Positions 30,876 to 42,373 of a stretch of 64,000 bases of DNA are shown one piece after another; position 1 is the stretch's first letter; each line of letters starts with the position of its first letter. Below the pieces are notes generated by a model. It saw only the letters and a list, made by a program, of their open reading frames with translations, had not been told where the DNA came from and ran no database searches. The DNA comes from a virus. The position numbers were made by a program, and so were the translations under genes. The DNA lies in the IMG/VR virus record IMGVR_UViG_3300025600_000001, positions 1-64,000 of that record, one strand, 5' to 3'.

Positions 30876-32863
30876 ATAATCCTATAATAGTGAGTGATTT
30901 GGAAACATATCTTGAAATGTTCCTTTGTATGTGTTATGATCCTCAGGAAAATGAATGGCATAGATTTGAAGTAAGTGCCTGGAAAAATGAACTAGACGGA
31001 ATGATTAAATATATAGAAGAACACGAAAACTATTATTTTGTATATTATAACGGAATACGATTTGATAGTCAAGTTCTTGAATTTATAATAAGAAATTATC
31101 ATTTATGGATTGATAAATCTAAATTAGAAATTTGTGCTATTATTTCACAACTTGCCGCAGATGTTATTCATGATGCTAATTATAACGTATTTCCAAGATA
31201 TAGAGAAGAAAATTTAAGTTTTAAAATTCTTGACCCTTATGAAATAGCACACTATTCAAATAAAAATAGAATGGTTTCGCTAAAAAGGCTAGAATTTGAG
31301 ATGGATATGGAAAATATTGAGGAAACTCCAGTAGATTTTAAAAAAGTAAATCTTACAAGAGAAGACTGTGTATCTGTAATAGGATATTGTAAAAATGACT
31401 GTGTTGCTCTCTATAAATTTTATAATGTAATTATTGGTGATACAGAACATCCACTATATAAGGACAATAATCAAGTTCAATTAAGATTGGATATAGAGGA
31501 GGAGTTTGGTATTAAGTGTCTGAATTTTTCTGATAGCAAGATTGGTGATGAGATGATCAAGAAATTTTACTGTCAAGAGAAACGAATTCTTCCTAGTGAT
31601 CTTCCAAAGAAAGGAACTTTTAGAAAGAGTATTGCTGTAAAAGCATGTATAGCTCCTTACATAGAATTTAAAACTCCTCAACTACAAGACTTTCTCAAAG
31701 GATTGAAGAAAGAAGTAATAAAACCCAAAGATGAATTCAAAAAGAAAATTAAATTTTATAATGTTGTGTATTCGTTTATGCGTGGAGGACTTCATTCAGA
31801 AAATGCACCTCATGTATTCGAGGCTAAGGACGATATGTTCATTACCGATTGGGACGTTTCCAGCTATTATCCAGCTATCATAATAAATAATGATAAGTTT
31901 CCTATACATTTAGGAAAAGAATTTTTAAATGGGTATACTAAGATGTTTAATCGAAGACTGGAACTTAAACCTCAAGCTAAACATGATAAAAGAATTAAAG
32001 GTATAGTAGGAGCTTTAAAGTTAAGTGTAAATTCTATATACGGAAAATCCTCAGATATGACAAGTTGGATGTATGATCGTCTACTTACAATGTTTACCAC
32101 TATTACTGGTGAACTCTCTCTAATGATGTTAATAGAAACTTATGAACTTGCTGGTATTCATGTAATCAGTGCAAATACTGACGGTGTGACTATTGAAATA
32201 CAATGTAAAGATCTTATTAAAATGAATGAGATTAATATATGGTGGATGGGTTTAACCAAATATGAACTTGAAAGAACAGATTATCAGAAAATCATCTTCT
32301 CAACAGTAAATGATTATATCGCAATAAAAGTAGGATATGACAAAGTGAAAGTAGATGATCAAGAAGAATATATCAAACGGAAAGGGGATTTCCTTGTTGA
32401 CTTCGAATTACATAAAAATAAAAGTGCAAGAATAGTTCCAATTGCACTTAGCAATTATTTTATTAATAACATACCTATTGCTGATACTATTAGGAATCAT
32501 GGTAATATTTTTGATTTTGCATTGAGACAGAAAGCTTCTAAAGATTTTCATTATGAAGGAGTATCAGATAGTAAGAAATCTATTTACAATAAACTTATTC
32601 GATACTATGTGTCGAATACAGGAGAAAAATTATTAAAAGTAAAGAACCCTGAATGTTTAACAAATGCTCCAAAGATAGCTCAAGTCAATGCAGGTGAGTG
32701 GTTGGCTACAGTATGTAATAAATTATCAAAAAAGACTAAGGTAGAAGATTGTAATATCAACTACTCATATTATATCGAAAGAGCTAATAGAATAGTAGAT
32801 AAGATTGCCTACAAAGGTAAACGGCACAAACAAATAGATATAAATCAGTTAAAACTTTTCTAA
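30872..32863 (+). CDS. polB: DNA polymerase, family B (crAss-like) with 3'-5' exonuclease
   Basis: ExoI SDLET, ExoII YNGIRFD, ExoIII YCKND; motifs DVSSYYP, KLSVNSIYGK and ANTDG. Confidence 0.92.
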   Translation: MNNPIIVSDLETYLEMFLCMCYDPQENEWHRFEVSAWKNELDGMIKYIEEHENYYFVYYNGIRFDSQVLEFIIRNYHLWIDKSKLEICAIISQLAADVIHDANYNVFPRYREENLSFKILDPYEIAHYSNKNRMVSLKRLEFEMDMENIEETPVDFKKVNLTREDCVSVIGYCKNDCVALYKFYNVIIGDTEHPLYKDNNQVQLRLDIEEEFGIKCLNFSDSKIGDEMIKKFYCQEKRILPSDLPKKGTFRKSIAVKACIAPYIEFKTPQLQDFLKGLKKEVIKPKDEFKKKIKFYNVVYSFMRGGLHSENAPHVFEAKDDMFITDWDVSSYYPAIIINNDKFPIHLGKEFLNGYTKMFNRRLELKPQAKHDKRIKGIVGALKLSVNSIYGKSSDMTSWMYDRLLTMFTTITGELSLMMLIETYELAGIHVISANTDGVTIEIQCKDLIKMNEINIWWMGLTKYELERTDYQKIIFSTVNDYIAIKVGYDKVKVDDQEEYIKRKGDFLVDFELHKNKSARIVPIALSNYFINNIPIADTIRNHGNIFDFALRQKASKDFHYEGVSDSKKSIYNKLIRYYVSNTGEKLLKVKNPECLTNAPKIAQVNAGEWLATVCNKLSKKTKVEDCNINYSYYIERANRIVDKIAYKGKRHKQIDINQLKLF

Positions 32864-35800
32864 TGAGTATATGGATAAAAGACGGAGATTCAACAAAATT
32901 GGCTCCTCACGAGTATGAAAGAACACTAATTGGTGCTATTTCTAGAAATAGCGAAGAACTTATTATGTGGGTTGAAGGAAGTAACTTTGAATATAAGATA
33001 AAGTCTTTTGATTTTGGTATATGTGGTGGGAATATAAACACTAATGCTGGAATTAATTTTACTAAAAAGGAACTTCAACATATAGTAAGAAATATGAAAG
33101 AAGGAGCAATATTTAAAGTTGCTGCATGTAATAGTTTATCTATATCTGGTGTTGTAGAAGATTTTAAAAAGAGTAATAATATGGTCCAAACTGGTCATTG
33201 TTCTTTTGCTCCATCAGAAGTTGCAAAAACATTACCTAAATATAAACCATCATAAAAGACGTTCTAGAATTCTTATACTCTTTAAAATGAATTACACATT
33301 AGCTTTTTATAGCGAAATCGAAGAGTTACTTAGAGTATCTCTTCAAAATACAATTTGGTTGAAAGTAGATATGACTAGAGAAAGAAGTATACAACTAATA
33401 GAAATTCATAAATCTTTTATAGATAAAGCAATGTCTAAATTATCTGGTGAGGAAATTGCAATAATTTTATTTAAATATGATCAAAATTTAAAACTATTTT
33501 AAAATGGAAAATATTAAATGGATATCTGAAGGAATAGTATTTGGTAATTATTGGGGAGGAGGTAGAGGAAGTTATGCTGCTATAAAACTCTCTGCTAATA
33601 CTAAAGAAGAATTATTAGAACAAGCAAATAAAGGATTAGATGATGGATCTTTAGATGCAGGAATGGGATATGAATCCTTAATTGGAGCTCTTTTAAATAT
33701 TACAAAAATCACCACAATTATAATTAAAGGTAAATCATTTGTTAATGAAGAATCAGAATTAGAATTTATCGGTGATTTAACTGAACAACAACAAGACTTT
33801 TTATTAGAATGTAATTATTCATATTAAGGAGAAATAACTATGAATGTAGATGTAAAAGTAACAGCATGGAGAAGAGTAGAACTTCCAGAAGAAATGACAA
33901 AAGAAGAAGCTATTAAAATTCTTGAAAGTCATAACTCTGTAGATTATTTCTTTGATGAAGATGAGTATTTTAAAGAAAAATATCCTAATCACACCTTTGA
34001 ATATCAAGAAGTTGAAAATAGTGAAGAAGATATGACTACTAAAGAAAACGGTAATCAATCTACTATAGAATTACATGATTTTCCTAATGATGTATATGAT
34101 CGTGAAGATGTTATATTGTGGGAAAATTATAAAGAAAAATTATGACAGAAATTCCAGAATTCTTACAAAAAATAAGTTGGGATAGACTTAGAGAGCAGAA
34201 AGCTTTATTGTTATCACTAAGTAATACTGGTATACTTACAGCAGATGTATGTAGTAATCTTGATGGTATAATTGGTCTTATTGATACTATTCAGGATTTT
34301 GCAGTTGATATAATGGGTTTATCAGAAAAAGAAGTATTTAATCTATCAGAGAAGGACATATTATGAAACAAGAAATTCGTGTATTAGCTCAACTAACTTT
34401 TGAAGATATTGAGATGTATAATATAGAAACTACTAAAATTAAAGAAATGAAATTAGAAAAACTACCACAACGATGGTTTATTAGATGGGAAAGTAGAGAA
34501 CACTATGAAGTGATTCAAGGATATTTTAATTCTATAAGATCACATAATCAGTGGACTTATTATGTACCACAACATTGTGACTCAAAGATTAATCAGGATA
34601 ATAAATATAGAAGTTGGTCTGATCCTGATTTTGAAGATTCTATAGAATTATCATTTGATGATTTTGAAAGATTAGTTCTTAAAAAAGAATTTGTTTTTGT
34701 TTTACCTGAGAAATGGTATTGTATTTATAAAAATCAACAAGAGTTTGCTATTGCTAATGACTTTTTTAAAGGAAATTGGACGTATGTCAATGTTGATGGT
34801 GAACATGGATTTACAAACGTAGATAGCAATAATCATTGGTGGTGGAAAGGTCCTTTACTAAAATATACACAAATTAATTTTGAACAATTTACAAATTACG
34901 TATTAAAACCTAAAAAAATGGAAAAGAAAGTTATTGGGTATGAATTAAAAGAAGATTGTAAACAGTTTATTCCTGCTTTAGCAAAGATCTCATATGGTTA
35001 TGCTGGAGGATGTTTTGAAAATGGTTCACCATTTCATAACCATTATAAAGCAGCTAATGTTCTTGATCTTTGGTTTACTCCTTTATATGAAAAAGAGAGA
35101 GAGTATCAAGTAGGAGATTGGATTACAATGTTAAGTGAGTATTGTAACGAAGTTCCAAAAGATAAAACTTTTAAATTAGTTAATTTTCAAGGTGGTAGTT
35201 GTTGGGTAGTAGAACATGATGGTGAAGACAGTTATCTTGCTCCTTTTACATCTCAATTTAGACTAGCTACTAAGGAAGAAATCAAAAAAGCAGAAGATGA
35301 TTTATTGTTAGCAGAAGCAGCGAAACGTTATCCGATAGGAACAAAATTTTATCCTGCTCATGCAAATATAAGTAGTAGATATTGTATTGTTACTAGTGAA
35401 ATATTTATAATAGATGATAATAATGTTATCTATGCCACGATAGATGAAACTAAGTGTTGGGATTCATCTGGAGATAAAAAATATGGAAATACAAATTTAA
35501 ATAGAATAGTACACATAAATGGTAAATGGGCTGAGATTTGTGAAGATGTTCCAGATATTACTATTAATGGTTATAAAGCAATAATTACTCCTTTTGATGT
35601 AACATTTGGATGTCAGAAATATACCAAAGCATTTATAATGAAACTTTGGCAATGTTTGGAAACAAATGATTTTAAGATGGATTATAAAGATGATATTCAA
35701 AAATTAGCTGAATACTATGGTAGAACAGAGAATTAATAGAGAAAATATCGGAATACATTTAATGGATTACCAATTGATTTTAATAGACAAAACAAGAATG

Positions 35801-36590
35801 GATCTTCTTAATGATGACAAATGGAAAAGTCATTGGAAGATTACTTTTGAACAGCATACCCAGTTACATGGATATGCTATTTCTCTAATAAAGAAAGTTT
35901 TTCATTGCAATAAAAGAAAAGCTGAAGAAACTTTTAAATGGTTTGAACTTCAATTTGGATTAAAAATAAAAAACTAATTAAAAAAAATGAAAAGTACGAA
36001 ATTAGGACAATCTCCTGCATTTTCTTGTGGGACAGATAATTATACACAAAAAGGAATATCTATACGTCTTTATCTGGCAGGAATGGCAATGCAAGGAATC
36101 TTAGCAAATAGAGTATTAGTTGAGGGATATGATACCTATATATATAAATGGGTAGCAGAACAGGCACTTGCGCAGGCCGATGAACTTCTTAAACAGGAGA
36201 CTATAGAATGATACAACAAGACTGGGAAAGATTTCAGGAGTTACACGAGATGTATCTCCTAGAGAATAGAATGAGAGAAGAGGAGGAATATTGGGACTGG
36301 GAACAAGAACAAAACAAACGTCCAGCTAAGATTATAATTTTAACATCAACTAAAAAGGAGAAAATAAAATGAAAACAGTTAAAGAATGGTTTATACAATT
36401 TGGAAAAAAGAATTTTGAGAGTAATAAAGAAAATATAGAAAAAGCAGTAGAAGATGCTGATATTAAATTTATATTTGAAGCTATGGACGCCTATGGTAAG
36501 CAAGAATACAATCAGGCTATTGATGATTTAATAGTTAATGATCTAGTTACCGATAGAGAAACAACAAGATTAAGATTCAAAAAAGTTTAA
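32863..36590 (+). other. Hypothetical ORFs (32863-33255, ~33287-33502, 33504-33827, 33840-34145, 34142-34366, 34363-35736, 35717-35977, 35987-36211, 36369-36590)
   Basis: Packed ORFs. 35987-36211 has the common phage GISIRLYLAGMAMQG motif; 34363-35736 has duplicated LPxxW modules. Confidence 0.65.
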
Positions 36591-36594
36591 TCAA

Positions 36595-37251
36595 ATGATA
36601 AATATAAAATTTACACCAATCCATTTTCAGGAGTTAATAAGTAAAGGATATTCAATGGATCATATCATTCTACTTAAATGGATTTCTGAAGGAACTGATT
36701 TAACTTATATGCTACAATCAGGAATTCCTAAGATATCAGCACTATATCAGTCTTTAATTAGAAAAGGTCTTATCAATGATAATAGTATTACAGAATTAGG
36801 TAAAGAATTAATGATATTCATTAATACCGAAAATCCTCCACAACTTCTTAGAAAGAAACCTGCAGAAAAGAAGATTTTAACAGATATTCCAAGTGAGGGT
36901 TTTGATCTGTTTTGGAAAGCATATCCTGGAACAGATACATTTACATATAAAGGGATATCTTTTACTGGTAGTAGATCTTTAAGAGTAGATAGAGATAGAT
37001 GTAAGGCAAAACTTACTAGTATTCTTTCTGAAGGAGAGCATACTATTATAGATATCGTAGAAGCTCTTAATTTTGATGTAATTCAAAAGAAAGAAAATTC
37101 TATTAAAAATAAACAGAATAAACTTACCTATATGCAAAACTCTCTCACATATCTTAATCAATTAGCATTTGAACCATTCATTGAGCTTATTAAAGAAGGT
37201 GTTCAAGTTCAAACAACATCTGTACAACAAAGAGGAGGTACAGATATTTAA
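36595..37251 (+). CDS. Hypothetical replication-associated protein (wHTH plus replisome-organiser-like domain)
   Basis: FDLFWKAYP...YMQNSLTYLNQ..FE resembles the C-terminal domain of phage replication initiators. Confidence 0.5.
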   Translation: MINIKFTPIHFQELISKGYSMDHIILLKWISEGTDLTYMLQSGIPKISALYQSLIRKGLINDNSITELGKELMIFINTENPPQLLRKKPAEKKILTDIPSEGFDLFWKAYPGTDTFTYKGISFTGSRSLRVDRDRCKAKLTSILSEGEHTIIDIVEALNFDVIQKKENSIKNKQNKLTYMQNSLTYLNQLAFEPFIELIKEGVQVQTTSVQQRGGTDI

Positions 37252-37293
37252 AATTTAAATTATGAAAACATTAATAACTGAAGGGGACAAACA

Positions 37294-37770
37294 ATGAAGT
37301 CTACTTTTGAAGATGAACTTGTTTGTATGATTCCAAGACTTAAAAACTTCGCCTTTAGATTGACTAGGAATATTGAAAATAGTGAGGACTTGTTAAGTGA
37401 AACCATCTTACAATCATTGAAAAATAAAGCAAAATATAAAGATGATACGAATTTTAAAGGATGGATAACTACTATAATGAAAAACTGTTTTGTAAATAAT
37501 TATAGACGATCAGTTAGACACGGAATACAATTAGAACTCGAAGATGTGAAAGGCAATAACATTTGCACCAGTAGAGAAATCGACAATAAAGTATATTTAA
37601 ATCAGATATTAGATTTTATAAATAACCAAGATAAAAAACTAAGTATTCCAATGATTTTATTTTCACAAGGATTCAAATATGAGGAAATATCCGAAATGCT
37701 TGGTATTCCTTTAGGTACTGTGAAATCAAGAATATTTATAATGAGAGAAAAATTAACTGAAATTTTATAA
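37294..37770 (+). CDS. ECF-type RNA polymerase sigma factor
   Basis: Region 2 AFRLTRNIENSEDLLSET...FKGWITTIMKNCFVNNYRR; region 4 GFKYEEISEMLGIPLGTVKSRIF. Confidence 0.9.
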   Translation: MKSTFEDELVCMIPRLKNFAFRLTRNIENSEDLLSETILQSLKNKAKYKDDTNFKGWITTIMKNCFVNNYRRSVRHGIQLELEDVKGNNICTSREIDNKVYLNQILDFINNQDKKLSIPMILFSQGFKYEEISEMLGIPLGTVKSRIFIMREKLTEIL

Positions 37771-38055
37771 AATGAAATTAATTGACGAAAAAGAAGTTAA
37801 AGCAGAGGCCAATTCAGAAAAACATTTTGAATGCAAACCAAGTTCTGATTTTGTAGTAGGGTTTACGATCGGTAATAGTTGGACTGAAACTAAACTGGAG
37901 AAGTTGGCGATTGAATTTGCGAACGATTGCCTTCACGGTTATAAACCGTATTTCTATGGGAAAAATAGATGGTATAGAGAATCGGATGGAGTAGTTTACA
38001 CTACCTCGCAGTTATTTGAACTATTTATAAACGAAAGGAATAAGAAATGAAAAAA

Positions 38056-38087
38056 TTTGTACAACAACAAAAATTATACTATCTTTA
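38056..38087 (+). promoter_or_regulatory. Bacteroidota-type promoter (TTTG-N20-TATCTTTA)
   Basis: TTTG 38056-38059, 20-nt spacer, TATCTTTA 38080-38087. Confidence 0.6.
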
Positions 38088-38197
38088 CACCGCAGGTCAG
38101 TAATGAAAATATTTAAAATTCCATATCGGTTACATCGCCAAAAGTACAACTCCGTACAACTGGACTGCCTTTGTAATCGGTATGGTATTTTTATATT

Positions 38198-38689
38198 ATG
38201 AAAGAAATATTATTAAGCAAGTATGGTAAAAATAAGGGCAAATATGTTGCCTTAGTTGACGATGAAGATTACGAAAGAGTAAATAAATTAAATTGGTATA
38301 TTAAAATTCGCAAATCGAATAATTTATATTACGCTGTTCGTCAATTTGCACATAATAATAAGATGAAATGTCAATTTATGCACTCATATATACTTGGTTT
38401 GCCTATGATTGATCACAAAGATCATAATGGATTAAATAATCAGAGATTAAATCTAAGAGAATGCACCACAATTCAAAATTGTCAAAATCAAAGAATTAGT
38501 TTAAATGGCAGTTCAATTTATAAAGGGGTAAATTGGAATAATTACAGTAAAAAATGGGTTTCTCAAATTGGGGTCAATTATAGGCGTATTTTCATTGGTA
38601 GATTTAAAGACGAAATAGAAGCAGCAAAAGCCTATGATGCAAAAGCAAAAGAATTGTTTGGAGAATTTGCATTTGTTAATTTTAAATAA
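38198..38689 (+). CDS. HNH endonuclease with C-terminal AP2 DNA-binding domain
   Basis: IDHKDHNGLNNQRLNLR; SIYKGVNW....KWVSQI......IGRFKDEIEAAKAYD. Confidence 0.9.
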   Translation: MKEILLSKYGKNKGKYVALVDDEDYERVNKLNWYIKIRKSNNLYYAVRQFAHNNKMKCQFMHSYILGLPMIDHKDHNGLNNQRLNLRECTTIQNCQNQRISLNGSSIYKGVNWNNYSKKWVSQIGVNYRRIFIGRFKDEIEAAKAYDAKAKELFGEFAFVNFK

Positions 38690-41600
38690 ACTACATATAT
38701 TTATAAGACATACCTATGACAGCGAAAATAGAGGCCAAAAGGATATTTGAGCAATACTTTGACACACTTGCAGGATTTAGGATTAAAGACTGCAATGGAG
38801 TTCCTATTGAAAATGAATTAATCAAAGAGTGTGCTTTGATTGACGTTCATAATACACTAAAAGTAGTTCGCCAGCTAAATAATTATGCTTTTTATCAGGA
38901 AGTAAAAACAGAATTAGAAAAATATTGATATGAAACACGAATTTACAAAAGAAAAATGGGAATATGTAGGTGGAGATAATATGAGTGTTGAGGTAAATAT
39001 TGGAAATGCTACATGCAATATTGATAGATGTGATAAAAACACGAATGAAATAGTCGTATCTAGGAATGAAATGGAAGCAAATGCAAGGCTAATATCTGCC
39101 GCACCTGAAATGATTGAAGCGTTAATAAGCGTCGAATCATACTTAACTGATATTTACGAATCCAATCAACTCGCTCCGTTCCCTACTCGAAGCGAACTTG
39201 ATAAAATTAGATCAGCAATTAAAAAAGCAATCAAATGAAAACAGAATTAAAAGATTGCCTGCATCATTACCTGAATACAGGGTTAAAAATACAAGCTAAG
39301 GGTGGCATGATATACACCTTAAACTTTGAGATATACAACCTTACAATTATTAGTGGATGGAAGCCCCTTCTCCTTCCAATGTCTGCACTTACCGAGCCTT
39401 TGGAAGATGGAACGATACCGATTGATTATATTGAAAAGAATATTCATAAAGATATAGATTTCTATATGCCATTGAATATTGATTTAGATTTAGAGGTTTG
39501 TATTCGTACTGCTGATTATTCTCAGGAAGTAGATTTATTTGATGGATTTTTAATCATGCAAAAGCTTTTTGAATGGCATTTTGATGTCTACGGATTGATT
39601 GAATCAGGTCAAGCGATTGATAAACGAACAGTTAAATAATACGGCTTGAGAATCAAGTCGAAACAAATACTAATACTAAAATTATGAATTTAGAAGAAGA
39701 AAAGAAACAAGCATTTGATAATTTCGCTATTAGCTGCGCGTTGGCATGTACTCCAATTGATGAATATAAAATACCATTCGAATGTGGATTTGATGCAGGA
39801 ATTTCTAAGATAACCGACTTCGCAGATTGGTTGCATAATAATTGGTACGAACCCGAAGGATCGGACGGTTTCTGGCGATTGAAAGCTGAAGATGAAGAAT
39901 ACACCTTACCAATTCCAAATGTGAATTTCTTCACATCAGAAGAATTGGCAGCAAAGTATATTTCAGGTGAAGGGGCGAGTTAAAAACTCACCTTAAGTGT
40001 ACCAGAACCAAAATAATTAACGAATAAAACTATAAAACATGTCAAAATACTATTTTTCAGATAATGACGAAGAAACGTGTTATACAATCGCAGGTCACAA
40101 ACAGCAAATGATAGATAACAACGAAGTCGAAAGAATTGTTTTTGAGGCTAAAATATCTGACGAAAAAGGTTTTTTCTATTGCAAGGTGATGGGAGAAATT
40201 GGAGAGGTTGATGGAACGTGCGGAAAAGATTGCATCATGTATATCCCACGCAACGGAAAATCTGGAATTTGTACTTCGTACAGAAAACTTTATGCACAAA
40301 CAGATAAATCAAGAACCATAAAACTATAAGAAATGACACCGAAAGACGAAGCGAAAAGAATATTTGATCAGTACTATAAGCTATTATTCCTTTGTGAAAC
40401 AACAAAAGATATAGCGAAAAAATGCGCTTTGATAACTGTTAATCAGGTTATATTATCTTTTAAAATGGCTATTAATGATTATAAACCTAATAGTTGGCAT
40501 CCTGCTTGTTGGTGGGAGAAGGTAAAAAACGAACTTGAAAACCTATGAACCACCTAATACACTTATTCCAATCAGGGGAGGCAATAGTAATACATATTAT
40601 TGATTTAATAAAGATTATACACTAAAAACACAATATGTACAATAAAAGAACATGGTTAAATGGCATAACATCATCTTCAACTAGCACTATTGTTACGTTT
40701 GATGGAGATGTGCGATATGATGATAAAACATACAGGGATACCTTTATTAAAATATCTGACTGTAAATATTCCATTAAGCTTCATAAAAAAGATGATGATT
40801 CGATGGAAGATTTTATTACCAAAATGGGATTATTAAAAACTGAAATAGAACTATTTATTAACCACTTAGAACAAAATGGAAGATATAACAATAAATAAAC
40901 AACTTCTATATTTTGCCATGCGTGACGTATTTAATGCTGGTCTTCATGCAACAGGTAGATATAACGAGGAGAATAGATACCAGATAGCAATAAAAAAAAT
41001 AAGACAATTAACTGCTGTTAATAAATGTGTAGAAAATGAAGAAATAACACACCAATGGTTTATTAATAATGGATTTAATGAAACAAATGGGGTAGGATAT
41101 TGCTATTACGCTTATCACACAAAGAAATTTGATTATTGCATGATAATAAATAAATATGGTGATAATTATTATTGTGGCAATCAAGATGAGATAGGCATGG
41201 TAAAATACACTAACCAAATAAAGCTAATTTATCTTATTCAAACTGGAAATGTATTCCCCGTAAACGAATGCTAAAAAGTTACCTGAACTGTACCAGTACC
41301 GATTGAGTTATTTGAAAGACGAAGTAAAAATTATAAAAATGTAAAAAGATGACAAATTTTGATATTGTAAATAAGTTAGTAGGTAAGATCAATCCTGTTG
41401 GTGAAACAAATACCGACAATGAAAGATTTGAGAACTTGAAAGAAATGTGTAAATTGGTAGATAACTTTATAGTTGAAATTGATAATGTTGGATATGAAAA
41501 TAGAGAGAGTAATGAATTTTCAGTTAAAAGGGCAGGCGAATTTGCAACCAATTTTCTTAAAGTAACAATTGGAATTAAAGATTAATCATGCAATACTTCA

Positions 41601-42097
41601 TTGACATTGCCCCGAAAGGGGATAAGAAAGTATGCTCGAATTGTAAACACTTTTCTACGTTTGGAGTAGTAACAGGAGTATGTATGAACATCGTAAGATT
41701 GACGTACAAACAAAATACACAGAGTTGTAAGAAATTTGAATTTAAAACTAAAAAAGATGAAACAACTGATTGAAAAGTACAAAGAAAGAGTAAAAAACAT
41801 TAATGCTTTCCTTAACGGTTATGAAGGATCACTAAAGACCATGACAGTAACAAGGACAAGAGAAAGAGCAAATTGTTATGAAACCTTTATCACTGAATTG
41901 GAAGCCTTACAAGCAAGGGATGCAGGTAAAATGGTGAATGAAAACGGAACTAAAAACTGTTAAGATGAAATTTCAATGCCCTGTCAATTCACTTTGGTAA
42001 GCATGTTAATATGAATGCTGTATTGTTATTTCATATTACGAATCTTAACTAATCTGAAAAATGATTATATTTGAAAAATATTCCTAAAAATGTAAAC

Positions 42098-42369
42098 ATG
42101 AATCCTCAAACTAAAGATCTTATTGATTATATATTTAGATATATATTAGCTCTTGTTGTAATTATAGGTCTTATAATTGTAATAGTGTTCATGTTTACAC
42201 ATAATATCAGTGGTATATATATACTGATACAATCACTCTATGTATAGGAGCACTTCTTGGTTCATATACCACTATAATCTCTTATGAATGGGGATCATCT
42301 AAAGGATCTTCAGATAAAACTACGATGCTTCACAATAGCACACCAATAATTCCAGAAAAAGAAAATTAA
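42098..42369 (+). pseudogene. Frameshifted two-TM holin-like membrane protein
   Basis: MNPQTKDLIDYIFRYILALVVIIGLIIVIVFMFTHNISG continues in another frame as TDTITLCIGALLGSYTTIISYEWGSSKGSSDKT...KEN*. The break lies in the (TA)5 run at 42214-42223. TATATTTG promoter element at 42066-42073. Confidence 0.65.
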
Positions 42370-42373
42370 TAAT

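Larger units (their letters stand above)
37772..41963 (+). other. Block of small hypothetical ORFs (37772-38050, 38716-38928, 38930-39238, 39235-39639, 39684-39983, 40039-40329, 40333-40548, 40635-40898, 40876-41274, 41349-41585, 41588-41773, ~41757-41963)
   Basis: Packed ORFs. 38930-39238 has the common phage EANARLISAAPEM motif. Confidence 0.6.
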
